A DNA stretch of 64,000 nucleotides, from contig CBDBCF010000001.1 in NCBI GenBank assembly GCA_965202985.1, positions 1,664,001-1,728,000 on the forward strand. Direction: 5' to 3'. This document shows, one piece after another, positions 19,182-28,712 of the stretch (the first letter of the stretch is position 1; the number at the start of each line of letters is the position of its first letter). The DNA comes from Longimicrobiales bacterium (GTDB lineage Bacteria > Gemmatimonadota > Gemmatimonadetes > Longimicrobiales > Gaopeijiaceae). Below the pieces are notes generated by a model that ran no database searches, was not told where the DNA came from, and saw nothing but the letters and a program-made list of their open reading frames with translations. The position numbers were made by a program, and so were the translations under genes.

Positions 19182-20953
19182 TTGCCTTTCTCCTTGGTCT
19201 GGAGGGCCTTTTCCTTGGTCCGGACAAGGATATCCGACGCTTCCACCAAAAGGGCCATGACCTTGTTGATCTGCCGCTGAATCTCGGTCTTAAGGAACGG
19301 CACGCGCTCCGGGTCGTCCTCTTCCATGGCCGCCAGCTCGCGGATGCGCGCCAGCTTGGGGATCGGAACCTGGGGCAGGGCGGGATCGTGCTCGTAGCGC
19401 TCGCCCTCGGCGTAGCCCAAGTGGACGAGCACCCGCGACAAGCGCAAAAGCGTCTCGTTGGCGGCGGCGGGTTCGATCTTGGCGGCGGCAACGTCGTCGT
19501 AGAACTTCTTGAGGCGCTCGCGGAGGCCGTCCAGCTCCCGGCGCAAGGGCAGCAGGCCGAAGCGCTTGTCCACGAGGACTTCGTACGACTCCAAGGCTTC
19601 GCTCAGTTCGTCGGCGGTCTCCCGAAAGTCCAGGGGGACGACTTCGTCGGTCAAGAAGCGGCCGATGGCGGTTGCGTAGACCCGCAAGTCCCGCTCCAAG
19701 TTGGCCCGGTCGGCCACGTCCAGCCGGTCCTTCTCCGTGTGCCAGGCGATGTTGCCGCCGCAGCCGCCCACGGGGTAGAACCCCAAGCGCTTCCGTTCCG
19801 CTTCGGGAATATTGGACAGAAGCATGAAGAACGACGTGAGCCCCAGCTGGTTGAACGAGTAGTCGCCCGCTCGCAGGGGCCGCTGGCGCCTGGGCTTGAC
19901 TCCGGTTGCCGACTTGATCGACTCGCTGCAGACGGCGCCCGCCTCCGCCATCCACGGCACTTCGTCGTACTCGGTGGCCTGCCAGCAGCCGGGCGAGTCG
20001 ATGTTCACGGTGGCCACGCACCGGCGCGAGAGCTCCAAGGCGTGGGCGTCCGCGTACCAAGCGGAGCCGCCGTAGCGCCCCGTGGAGTGGCCGGGCCACC
20101 AGGCGATCCGCACCGAGCGCCGGAGCAAGCCCCGGTTCTCGTGGAAGATGCGGGCCAGCTCGAGGAGCGTCGCGTCGCCCGTGGCGTTGTCGCCGATCCC
20201 CACGTCCCACGAGTCGTAGTGACCGTGCACCAGCACGAAGTCCTCGTCTCGCCCGTCGATTCGGGCCACGGGGACCAGGCAAGGATACCAGCCTTTCTGC
20301 AGCTCCGTTCGAATCGTGATCTTGGCGGCACCGCTCCAGACCGACTTCAGGAGACGGTCGCCGTCGGGACGGTTGATGGCGGCGACTGGCGTTTTGGGCA
20401 GGCGCGAAAGCTGGGAGTCGCCCGGGGCGCCCCAGATGCGCGTGCAGATGCCCCAGTGGATGCGGCTGCCCGGGTTGATGTACACCTGACCTACTGCGCC
20501 CGCGTCTTCCAGACGAGCGACCGATGCCGGCATGGGGAAGCCCTCGGTGACGACGATCTTGCCCTCGACCTCGGGCGGCGGATCGTCTGGGGCGGCCTCG
20601 AACAGGCCCTCGGTGTCGCGGACCGGTTCGGCGCGGAGGTGGTACGGCGGAGCGGTCAAGCCGCTGGCCGGCGTCGATGCGGCGAAAGCGGGCGGCTTGG
20701 CGTCGTAGGTGTTCTTGCCGGAGGCGACCGAAGCGGACCGAGGGATCGACAGGTACAGGTCCGGCTCGTGCAGCTCGCACCGAATGCCCATCGACTCCAG
20801 GCGCGTCGCGATGAAGTTGGCCGCCGCTCGTTCTTCGGGAGTGCCCGATTCCCTGACGAGTATGGAGAAACGATCCAGCAGGCTCCAACCTTGGTCGAAG
20901 GATACGCTGGCAAGAAGGGATTCTATCGGGTTCTGCTCTGTTTCGTCTGACAT
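19178..20953 (-). CDS. M28 family peptidase
   Basis: HGHYDSW, GIGDNATG, NIDSPG, WHT motifs. Confidence 0.85.
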   Translation of the reverse strand: MSDETEQNPIESLLASVSFDQGWSLLDRFSILVRESGTPEERAAANFIATRLESMGIRCELHEPDLYLSIPRSASVASGKNTYDAKPPAFAASTPASGLTAPPYHLRAEPVRDTEGLFEAAPDDPPPEVEGKIVVTEGFPMPASVARLEDAGAVGQVYINPGSRIHWGICTRIWGAPGDSQLSRLPKTPVAAINRPDGDRLLKSVWSGAAKITIRTELQKGWYPCLVPVARIDGRDEDFVLVHGHYDSWDVGIGDNATGDATLLELARIFHENRGLLRRSVRIAWWPGHSTGRYGGSAWYADAHALELSRRCVATVNIDSPGCWQATEYDEVPWMAEAGAVCSESIKSATGVKPRRQRPLRAGDYSFNQLGLTSFFMLLSNIPEAERKRLGFYPVGGCGGNIAWHTEKDRLDVADRANLERDLRVYATAIGRFLTDEVVPLDFRETADELSEALESYEVLVDKRFGLLPLRRELDGLRERLKKFYDDVAAAKIEPAAANETLLRLSRVLVHLGYAEGERYEHDPALPQVPIPKLARIRELAAMEEDDPERVPFLKTEIQRQINKVMALLVEASDILVRTKEKALQTKEKGK

Positions 20954-20998
20954 GACCGTTGCCGCTGGCGGCGGATTGGGAGGAAAAAGGCGGCGGGT

Positions 20999-21484
20999 TC
21001 AGCCCGAAGGCGGAGGGCTCAGCCTGGAGAAGTGGTACTGCACGATCTTCCATCCGCCCTCGGCGTGCACGCGAGTCTCGGAGTAGCGCCACGTGCCCGA
21101 GATCGAAGGCTGGTCGCCGGGCAGGTGGAGGGTTCCGTCCACGTAGGCGACCGACGCGGCCGTGGCGCCGTGGACCTGCACGTCCAGATCGCGAACCGAG
21201 ACTTCGGCGCGCAAGCCGGCCTCGTAGGCCAACCGGAGGGCGGCGGCGTTGAAGCCGCGCGCCAGGGGAGCTCCCTGCAGGAAGAAGCCGCGAACGCCGT
21301 CGCGATAGTGGGCGGCCAGGCGCTCGAAGTCGCCGCTGGACCACGCGTCGAGCGTCTCCGACACGGCGGCGCGCACCTCGACGGCGGGCTGGGCGGACGC
21401 GGCTTGGGGCGTCGCGAGCCAGGCGAACGCCAGCAGCGTCGCGAGCCGTCCCGCGACGGTCGATCGCTGTCCAAGGGTCGTCAC
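20999..21484 (-). CDS. NTF2-like (SnoaL/DUF4440) secreted protein
   Basis: Signal peptide; C-terminal GGWKIVQYHFS; GTG start after GGAGAGGAGG. Confidence 0.75.
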   Translation of the reverse strand: MTTLGQRSTVAGRLATLLAFAWLATPQAASAQPAVEVRAAVSETLDAWSSGDFERLAAHYRDGVRGFFLQGAPLARGFNAAALRLAYEAGLRAEVSVRDLDVQVHGATAASVAYVDGTLHLPGDQPSISGTWRYSETRVHAEGGWKIVQYHFSRLSPPPSG

Positions 21485-21666
21485 CGCATCCTCCTCTCCG
21501 CTCCCGCTTGAGTTCGGGGGACCGGTTCGCACCCGTTCAAGCGGCCCATCTACTATAATCGTTCCCGCAACCCTTCTCGGCCCGCCCCCTTCGGCGTTCG
21601 GTCGGCGTCGCAAGACTTGGACCCGGTCCGAGCGCCTATTGCGGGCGGCGCGACCGCGACATTCGC

Positions 21667-23775
21667 ATGTCCCATTCCCGCTGGCGGCTTCCGAGCCTTA
21701 CCGTCGCGGTTTCGGCGCTCCTGGGCTGGGGCGTCGCCGCTTGGGTGGACTTGGCGCCCCGCGTGGAGGCCGACTTCTTCTTCGCGCCGGGAGACCCGCA
21801 GCTTCGGGAGTCGCGGGAGCTGATTGCGCGCTACCCCGGCGCGGGCACGGGAGACGCCGTGATCGTGCGGGCCGCGGCTCCGGCCACGGACTCGGAGTCG
21901 TACAGGGACCGGATCGACGCCCTGGGCCGGGCGCTGGCGGAAGTTCCCGGTGTCGCGAGCGTCTATTCGATTGCCGACCAAGACCGGACGAGCCCGTTCT
22001 GGAGCCGGATATTGGCCCCTGCGCCGGCGCGGGCGACGAACGTGATCGCCGTGCTGGAGGCGGAGCGGTCGGGGGGCGGCGTTGTGGATGCGGGCCCTGG
22101 TGCGGCCCCTGGCGTGGATGCGAGCGCCTTGATTCGGCGGCTCGAAGCGGTGTTGGAGGCTCACGAGGAAGACGACTTTGTGCTGCTGGCTTCGGGGACG
22201 CCGGTGGTCGTCGAACTCATCCGCAGGGGTTTGGCGCGGGACTTGGCGGTCTTCAGCACGGCGGCGCTCCTGCTGTTCGGTCTGGTGGCGATGGTGTTGT
22301 ACCGGGATGCGCGGCTCGTGGCCGGAACGCTGCTCTCGTGTCTCTGCGCCTGCGCCGGCACGTTGCTCGCGGCCCGGGCCTTCGGAATAGGGGTCGGGCT
22401 CCTGACGGCCAACATCGTGACGATCGTCTTCGTCCTTACGCTGTCGCACACGGTGTTCATCGTGGCCAACTGGCGGCGAGGGGGCGGCGCGGCCCAGGCC
22501 CTGGCGCGGACGATCGGGCCCTCGACGTGGTGCATGGCCACGACGGCCGCCGGGTTTCTCAGCCTGTGGACCACGTCGGCGCAGCCGCTTCGGGAGCTGG
22601 GCACCGCGGGCGCCCTGGGCACGGTCGTGGCGGCGGCGTCCGCGTTCGGCGTGCTGCCGGCGTGGCTGGGCGCGGCAAGGCGGTCGGCCTCGAAGGCGCG
22701 ACTGCCGCGTTCGCCGTTCGAGTCGAGGCTGCCCTTGATCCTTGGCGTAGTTGCCGTGGGCGTCGTTGGACTTGGGGTGCTTCGGCTGGACACCGACCCG
22801 AGCTTGCTGAGCTACTTCAACGCCGACGGACCGATCCGGTCGGGCCTGGAGGTCGTCGATCGGGAAGGGGGCAGCAGTCCGCTGTTGCTGGCTGTGGGCG
22901 CCGCAGACGGAGGGCGGTTGGACACGGGCGAAGGCTACGAGCGGATGTGGCGGTTCCAGGATTCGCTGGAAGCCGACCCGGCCACGGGAACCGTTCTGTC
23001 GCCGGCCCCGCTCCTTGCGCACGCGCGGACGCTGCCCCTTGCGGGGTTCCTGCCCGTGTCGTTGCTGGTGGACTTTCTGAACCGGCCCGAGTTCGGGGCC
23101 GTGGGGCGCGGGTTCGCGAGCGAGGACAGGACCGAGGTGCTGTATGCGGTCCGCATGAAGGAGGGCGGCAGGACGGAGCCGCGGGATTCGGTGGCCGCGC
23201 GGCTGGCGGCCCACGCGGGGGCGGCGGGGCTGGCCGTGAACGCGACCGGCGGGCTGTACGAGCTGCAGGATCGGCTGGGCACGCTGATCGCCGGAAGCCT
23301 CAAGGTCGGGCTCGGCGGGCTCTTGGCGCTGTTCCTGCTGGTCGGCGCGGGCGTGGCGCGCAACGCCGCGACGGCCCTGGCCATGCTCGCGTGCCTGTTG
23401 GCGGTGCCGTTGACCGTGCTGGGAACGTTCGGCCATGCCGGCGTGGCCGTGGACATCATCACGTCGCCCGCGGCGAGCGTAGCGCTCGCGATGGGCGTGG
23501 ACTCGATGATCCACCTGACCAGCAGGGTGCGCAGAATCGACGGAGGCGCGGCGCGTATCGGCGGCTCTTGGCAAGCGGCCAGGGCCGAACTCGCGGCCCC
23601 CGTAGCCACCGCGTGCGTGGTCATCTGCGCCGGGTTCGGCGTCTTTGCGTTCTCGGACTTTCCGCCGACGCGGCGCTTCGGGCTTGCGGTGGTGCTGGGC
23701 ACGGTTGCGGCCACGACCGCCGCGCTGGGCGCCTTGCCCAGGTTGATGACGCGGCAGCGGGTGGACGCAGCGTAG
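21667..23775 (+). CDS. MMPL/RND superfamily exporter
   Basis: Two TM blocks with TTAAGFLSL, GVDSMIH, GFGVFAFSDFPPTRRFG. Confidence 0.85.
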   Translation: MSHSRWRLPSLTVAVSALLGWGVAAWVDLAPRVEADFFFAPGDPQLRESRELIARYPGAGTGDAVIVRAAAPATDSESYRDRIDALGRALAEVPGVASVYSIADQDRTSPFWSRILAPAPARATNVIAVLEAERSGGGVVDAGPGAAPGVDASALIRRLEAVLEAHEEDDFVLLASGTPVVVELIRRGLARDLAVFSTAALLLFGLVAMVLYRDARLVAGTLLSCLCACAGTLLAARAFGIGVGLLTANIVTIVFVLTLSHTVFIVANWRRGGGAAQALARTIGPSTWCMATTAAGFLSLWTTSAQPLRELGTAGALGTVVAAASAFGVLPAWLGAARRSASKARLPRSPFESRLPLILGVVAVGVVGLGVLRLDTDPSLLSYFNADGPIRSGLEVVDREGGSSPLLLAVGAADGGRLDTGEGYERMWRFQDSLEADPATGTVLSPAPLLAHARTLPLAGFLPVSLLVDFLNRPEFGAVGRGFASEDRTEVLYAVRMKEGGRTEPRDSVAARLAAHAGAAGLAVNATGGLYELQDRLGTLIAGSLKVGLGGLLALFLLVGAGVARNAATALAMLACLLAVPLTVLGTFGHAGVAVDIITSPAASVALAMGVDSMIHLTSRVRRIDGGAARIGGSWQAARAELAAPVATACVVICAGFGVFAFSDFPPTRRFGLAVVLGTVAATTAALGALPRLMTRQRVDAA

Positions 23776-23782
23776 GGGTGGC

Positions 23783-24481
23783 CTACCGTTCCATCGCGTC
23801 GAGCTTGGGGTCGAAGTTGTCAAACGCCGACCGCACCAGCAGGAAGCCGACGCCCAAAGCGACGCCGGCGACGACGAGCACTGCGCCGGTCGCGAGCGCG
23901 ACGAGCCGACCCGGGCCAGCCTCGAGTGCCCAGCGCGCCCAGTCTTCCGGAGTGCTGAGCACCTCGTCGGCCACCAGTGTTGCAAATATCATTACCGTCG
24001 CGAAGGTGGCTACCCGTTGCGGGCTGTACTTTGCCACGGCGCCCGTGGCCAGGCAGGCCAAGGAACCACCGACCAACCACACGGACAGTGCCGCGCCCAG
24101 CCCCCATTCGAGCCGGTCTTCCAGGCCGAGGGAAGGCGCTGCGGTCCGGCCCATGAGCACGCCGGCGACGGCGGCCATGGGCAGAATGAAGAGAAAGTTT
24201 GCCATGAACCGGGCGCCTGCGACGGTAGCGCCGCGCACCGGCAACGACGCAACAAACTCCATCGTCCCTTCCAGCTTGTCTCTCAGGGTCGCGCCGACAA
24301 CGGCGCCAGCCGGCACCGCGGTAGCAACCATCAGAAAAAAGACTACGGCTTCGGACGTGGCTTTGCCGATCGCGACGAAGACGGCCAGACCGACCACCAG
24401 CAGGCCGTAGGAACGCAAGGTCGGCGTGGTGGCCCGGCGGATTTCCAGTCGCAGAAGGCGGCTAGTCTTGGGAGGGATCAT
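23783..24481 (-). CDS. ABC-2 type permease
   Basis: About 6 TM segments, D..EGTMEFVASLPV motif; overlaps the ATPase gene. Confidence 0.8.
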   Translation of the reverse strand: MIPPKTSRLLRLEIRRATTPTLRSYGLLVVGLAVFVAIGKATSEAVVFFLMVATAVPAGAVVGATLRDKLEGTMEFVASLPVRGATVAGARFMANFLFILPMAAVAGVLMGRTAAPSLGLEDRLEWGLGAALSVWLVGGSLACLATGAVAKYSPQRVATFATVMIFATLVADEVLSTPEDWARWALEAGPGRLVALATGAVLVVAGVALGVGFLLVRSAFDNFDPKLDAMER

Positions 24482-25187
24482 GGGACTCCAGCGCTTCGTA
24501 CAAGATGCGGGAAAGGGGACTGTCGGGGTCGCGCCCCTGCAGTTCCTCCACGGATGCGTCGTCGACGAGCAGACCACGGCGAATCAAGACCACGCGATCT
24601 GCGATCTGCTCAATGTCTTCCAGGATGTGGCTGGAGAATAGGACGAGTCGTTCGCCGCCGCGTGGAACACAGTCGTTGATCACCGCCAGGAGCTGTCCGC
24701 GCATCAGGGGATCGATCGCCGAAGTCGGCTCGTCCAGGATCAGCACCGGTGGACGGTGGGCTTCGGCCGCCACCAAGGACAGCTTCACGCCCATCCCCTT
24801 CGAGAGTGTGCCGACCTTGGAATCCGACGGGAGCTCCAGCCGCCGAAGAAGATCTTGCGCGTACTCGTGATCCCACGACGGAAAGAACGTAGACAGGAAA
24901 GTGAGGTGCTCGGCCACGGTCATCCAGCCAAAGCCCTGCGCCTTCTCGGGAAGGAAGCCGATCTTCTCCCGGATCTCGGGCAGCTGGGAACGCACTTCGG
25001 CGCCGCCGACCTCCACTCGGCCGTCGTACTCTCTCGAACGGCCCCCGATTGCTTTCAGCGTGGTGCTTTTCCCGGCCCCGTTCGCGCCGATCATAGCCAC
25101 GCGCTCCCCTTGCCGTATGTGCAGGTTCATCGGCTCCAGGAAGAAGTTCGGAAAACGAACGCTGAAGTCCTTCAGGCGAATGTCCAT
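24462..25187 (-). CDS. ABC transporter ATP-binding protein
   Basis: GANGAGKST, LSKGM, LILDEPT, SSH. Confidence 0.9.
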   Translation of the reverse strand: MDIRLKDFSVRFPNFFLEPMNLHIRQGERVAMIGANGAGKSTTLKAIGGRSREYDGRVEVGGAEVRSQLPEIREKIGFLPEKAQGFGWMTVAEHLTFLSTFFPSWDHEYAQDLLRRLELPSDSKVGTLSKGMGVKLSLVAAEAHRPPVLILDEPTSAIDPLMRGQLLAVINDCVPRGGERLVLFSSHILEDIEQIADRVVLIRRGLLVDDASVEELQGRDPDSPLSRILYEALESHDPSQD

Positions 25188-25212
25188 GCGAGCATCCGGC
25201 GCGCGCGCCGGT

Positions 25213-25881
25213 CTAGAGGAGGAAAAGGCGGGCCATGCCCAGAGCAACGAGAATGAACCATAACAACGCGGCCAGGCCCGCCGCCGACCATCGGCCCAGA
25301 TCGACGACGCGTCGGAAGCCCATAAACAGAAAGACGAACCAGGCCGCGTGAAGCAGCGTGACGCTCTGAGCGGCGGCGGCGAGAACCGGCTGACTCGGCG
25401 TAACCAGAGCCCCCAGACCAAGGCCGGCCTGCAGATCCTGGGGAGATGCGACCGCTCCATCGCTCGTGAAGCGAAGGAGCACGGCTGTGGCTATGCCATG
25501 AGCGGCCAGGATGGCCTCCCCGTAGAGCAAGAGAGAGAAGATGCGGCGGAAGGGCCGGTCTGTGTTGGTCAGTACCAAGATCGCCCACGCCAACGCTGCG
25601 AACAAGAGCGCCTTGATTCCGTTCAGAACGGGTCCGGCCAAGGCCCCCAGCCATATCAAGACCTCTGCGAATGCGGCTTGCTCTCCGGACGTCGCAACCG
25701 CGACGAACGGGAGCAAAGCATATGCCGACGCCAGCGACAACAGCCAGGCCGCCGCGAGCGGCGCAAACACGGGCCGATGCTGCCGTATCTCGCCCATGCC
25801 CGGCACCAGAAGACTTCCGAATCTCTTGGCGCCTGCACCGAATCGCGTTGCGCCGATTGCGTTCAGGATCGTCATGTTCAC
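25213..25881 (-). CDS. Yip1-like membrane protein
   Basis: About 5 TM segments with P.F...AAWLL, FRRIFSLLLY and a terminal LFMGFRRV helix pattern. Confidence 0.6.
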   Translation of the reverse strand: MNMTILNAIGATRFGAGAKRFGSLLVPGMGEIRQHRPVFAPLAAAWLLSLASAYALLPFVAVATSGEQAAFAEVLIWLGALAGPVLNGIKALLFAALAWAILVLTNTDRPFRRIFSLLLYGEAILAAHGIATAVLLRFTSDGAVASPQDLQAGLGLGALVTPSQPVLAAAAQSVTLLHAAWFVFLFMGFRRVVDLGRWSAAGLAALLWFILVALGMARLFLL

Positions 25882-26402
25882 TCCTTGTCGTACCAGTGGA
25901 TGGTGGATTGAAGGTTGGCGACGATGGCGTGCCGGACGCTTCGGCCAACCTCTACGAATCGGACCGTGTCGCGCGCGTCCACCCAGAACGTGGTCGGAAC
26001 CGCGATCACGCCGAGCGCCTCTGCCAGCTCGCCGTCAACGTCGCGAACCGTTCTTCGGCGAAGAGACGGCGGTATCCACCGAGCCGAGTCCATGGCCGAC
26101 TTCGGTGAAGCGACAATCCATCGCTCGATCCGGGTCATCTCGGGCGTCATCGCCTCCCAGAGGTCGAGTTCAGCCTTGCAGTGCACGCACGCGCGGTCCA
26201 CGTACATGATCGCTGCCGGTCCCGCGATGCGCAAGTCGGCGCCTAGGGTCGCATTCCAAGACCAAGGCGGCTCGTTCGATCCCGCCTCCGGTGCCGATCG
26301 CCTGGCAAGAGCCGCGGGCAACAAGATCGCCGCTGCAATGCATGGAAGGATCAACCATGCCAGCAGCTTCTTCTTCCACACCGAGTGTTCTCCTGAGGTC
26401 AT
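25878..26402 (-). CDS. Membrane-anchored thioredoxin-fold (TlpA/redoxin-like) protein
   Basis: N-terminal TM, CVHC motif, D.DGELAEALGV.AVPTTFWVD; start uncertain (26402 or 26480). Confidence 0.75.
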   Translation of the reverse strand: MTSGEHSVWKKKLLAWLILPCIAAAILLPAALARRSAPEAGSNEPPWSWNATLGADLRIAGPAAIMYVDRACVHCKAELDLWEAMTPEMTRIERWIVASPKSAMDSARWIPPSLRRRTVRDVDGELAEALGVIAVPTTFWVDARDTVRFVEVGRSVRHAIVANLQSTIHWYDKE

Positions 26403-26508
26403 TTCGAAAGTTCCTCCTGACCAGAATGGTTCGTTCCCTGTTGGCCTGGGCGCGTCCGAAAAACGCGCCCAGGCCAACAAATGTGCGGCTATCCGACCTG
26501 ACGATGCC

Positions 26509-26766
26509 CTAGGCCCTGCAGGCTCGCTTGGCGCAGAACTCGATCGGAATCGGCAGCGACGAGGTCAACGCAAAAGCGACGCACGTGCCACACCGAACTG
26601 CTCTCCAGAACGACGACCCTCGGCCAACCACTTCCTCTTGGTGACCCGTGCCGATGCTCGCGGCGGCCGGGTGGTTTCCAGAAGAAACCTCGGGCCTGGG
26701 CGCTGCGACGAGGATCGAGACAGCCAGAGTGGCCACGATTGCCTTGCGAGAGACAAGACGCTTCAT
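26509..26766 (-). CDS. Putative secreted peptide precursor 3 (85 aa)
   Basis: AAAGGAG RBS; MKRLVSRKAIVATLAVSILVAAP...EEVVGRG-SSFWRAVRCGTC...CAKRACRA. Confidence 0.75.
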   Translation of the reverse strand: MKRLVSRKAIVATLAVSILVAAPRPEVSSGNHPAAASIGTGHQEEVVGRGSSFWRAVRCGTCVAFALTSSLPIPIEFCAKRACRA

Positions 26767-26801
26767 GTTTTGCTCCTTTCGATTGGTGAAGTGCGACGGA
26801 A

Positions 26802-27095
26802 CTAGCCGTACGCGCGATAGCAGGCTATGCCGCAAAAAATGATGGCTTCGGGAGCGAAGAATGCGAGCATCGCCAATCCGAAGACGCTCCCGCCTCCTGC
26901 AAACAAGACGGCTGTCAGGCACGCTACGCAGACAAACTTGTCGGGACCGAAGCCAACCGGGTCCTCGACGTCCTGTTCGACCCGAGGTACGTCGTCCGCC
27001 GCGGATGCAACGGAGCGATCTCCGAAAGACGCAGCGTGCGCGACGGCCAAGATGCCCAGGAGAGCCGTCGTCTTGCGCATTATGTTCGAAGTCAT
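26802..27095 (-). CDS. Putative secreted peptide precursor 2 (97 aa)
   Basis: AAAGGAG RBS; signal peptide; EDPVGFG-PDKFVCVAC...CGIACYRAYG. Confidence 0.8.
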   Translation of the reverse strand: MTSNIMRKTTALLGILAVAHAASFGDRSVASAADDVPRVEQDVEDPVGFGPDKFVCVACLTAVLFAGGGSVFGLAMLAFFAPEAIIFCGIACYRAYG

Positions 27096-27110
27096 TTCTC
27101 TCTCCTTTCC

Positions 27111-27392
27111 TTATGAAAACGCGTCGACACAGGCTGCGATGCAGCCCGCAGCAACCATGGTAGAGCCCGGGCGAGCACTGGCAACCAAGATGGCGCCCCA
27201 GCCACCCCAAACAACGGCCGCGGCGCCAACCGCGCAGGCCGCGCATCCCAGGGCGCTCCAGATTCCCGCGCCCGTGAAGTCTTCTGCGGCAATGTCGGAG
27301 GGGCTTCGAGTCTCGAACGTGGAGCCGATCTCGGTGCTTCCAGCGGTCAGCAGGGCGCACAGAACGAAGGTCCAAAGACGTGATTTCTTCAT
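27111..27392 (-). CDS. Putative secreted peptide precursor 1 (93 aa)
   Basis: AAAGGAG RBS; signal peptide; EDFTGAG-IWSALGCAAC...CIAACVDAFS. Confidence 0.8.
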   Translation of the reverse strand: MKKSRLWTFVLCALLTAGSTEIGSTFETRSPSDIAAEDFTGAGIWSALGCAACAVGAAAVVWGGWGAILVASARPGSTMVAAGCIAACVDAFS

Positions 27393-27656
27393 GTTTCTCT
27401 CCTTTTGTTGTCGAGTTGCGTGTTCACCAAGTTGGCGATCACGAAAGCCTGGTAAGGGCCGTACGAACCAACAGGTACGCTTTGGAGATCAGAAGCACTT
27501 GCGTAAGGACTGCCATGGAGATGTACATTGCGCTTTCCTTTCATTTGAGGCGCTGAATCGGAGCGCGTCCAGGCGCTCCAGTTGGCGACGCCGGCGATTC
27601 CGGCGACCGCGGGGGGCCGAGGCCCGGTTTCGATCTTCCTGCCAAGTTTCTTCGCG

Positions 27657-28298
27657 TCAGTCCATGGGCTTCCTCCTTTCCAGGGAGCGGGGTTCCGCGA
27701 CGGCTGGCGCAGCGGACGATCCGGTGCTTTCGCGGAGGACGACGGCCTCGCCCGACCAGATCTTGCTGAATGCGGTGTCGCCGATCGTGTAACGACCCAC
27801 TTGGGGGTCCAGCACGGTTACCCGACCATCGGGCGTCCACTCCGTGACTGTCACGAAGTGGCTCCTGCGGACCCAGGCGATGAAGGGCTTCGGAGTCTCC
27901 GCTATGCCGCCGCGTCGTAGGCGGTTCAGGGTGAGAGAGAGACCGAAGACCTCGGCTGCCCGGATCAACCCGCGGGCCCTCGTGCCCGTCGGTCCCGTGC
28001 CTGCCAGCGCGCCGAGCGAATCCGTGGCCGGCGTGTCCAAGCCCAGCACCTGGAACATGTTGGCGAGAGCGGCAGGACCGCAGTCGCTCAGCGTGGATTG
28101 CAGCACCATGCCTTCGCGTCCTTGGTAGGAGCCCCCGTCGGCTGCTACTTGAATCCGCGCCGCCCACCTGCCCAGGCGGGCAGGGTCCACTGCCAGAAGA
28201 GCTGTGGCAGCGACCGTGAGGACCAACCCCAGAAGGGTCGAGGCGGCGAGAGTCCGGCGGCGGGCCGAACGCGGGGTCTGCGGCTTGGGAGCGGGCAT
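27657..28298 (-). CDS. Stand-alone C39 family cysteine peptidase with N-terminal signal/TM segment
   Basis: Q....DCGPAAL, PFIAW...HFVTV, VLDP..G, F..IWSG; oxyanion Q and catalytic C/H/D intact; no ABC domain. Confidence 0.9.
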   Translation of the reverse strand: MPAPKPQTPRSARRRTLAASTLLGLVLTVAATALLAVDPARLGRWAARIQVAADGGSYQGREGMVLQSTLSDCGPAALANMFQVLGLDTPATDSLGALAGTGPTGTRARGLIRAAEVFGLSLTLNRLRRGGIAETPKPFIAWVRRSHFVTVTEWTPDGRVTVLDPQVGRYTIGDTAFSKIWSGEAVVLRESTGSSAAPAVAEPRSLERRKPMD

Positions 28299-28712
28299 CC
28301 GGTGTCGGGTTGCGGGTCGTTCCACGATCGAACGAAGGAACGATGCACCCGGGAATTGGGCGCTTCCATGCTCAGATCGGCCCGACTTTTTTCGCCCCGC
28401 AAAAAGGGCCGAAAATCGGCGCTCCGGAGTCCCGAAAACGGGGGCTCACCCCCCGAGTGCACCCCCATCGGGGCACTTCGCACCCCCGCTGCCCCCCCGT
28501 CGTGCCGACCGAGGCGGCTTCCGGCCGGGCGAGGCGCCTGCGGCCGACGAGGGTCCCATGCCGACGGACGTTCCCACCGACGGACGCTTCCAACCGGCGG
28601 GTGCTTCCAGCCGACGGAAGCTCTCCCCGGCCAGGACGCTTCGGCTGGCGGCCGTCGCCCACCGCCAGGGCGCCTCCCTACCGCGAAGCGCGCTTCGGGT
28701 CCCGCCTTGCGG

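Noticed and set aside
21667..23775. MMPL exporter as part of the peptide cluster
   Set aside because: Convergent orientation and host-like composition; no evidence of linkage
28380..28500. Structured ncRNA between the selenoprotein and C39 genes
   Set aside because: Imperfect inverted repeats are present but match no family I recognise; could be a terminator or promoter region
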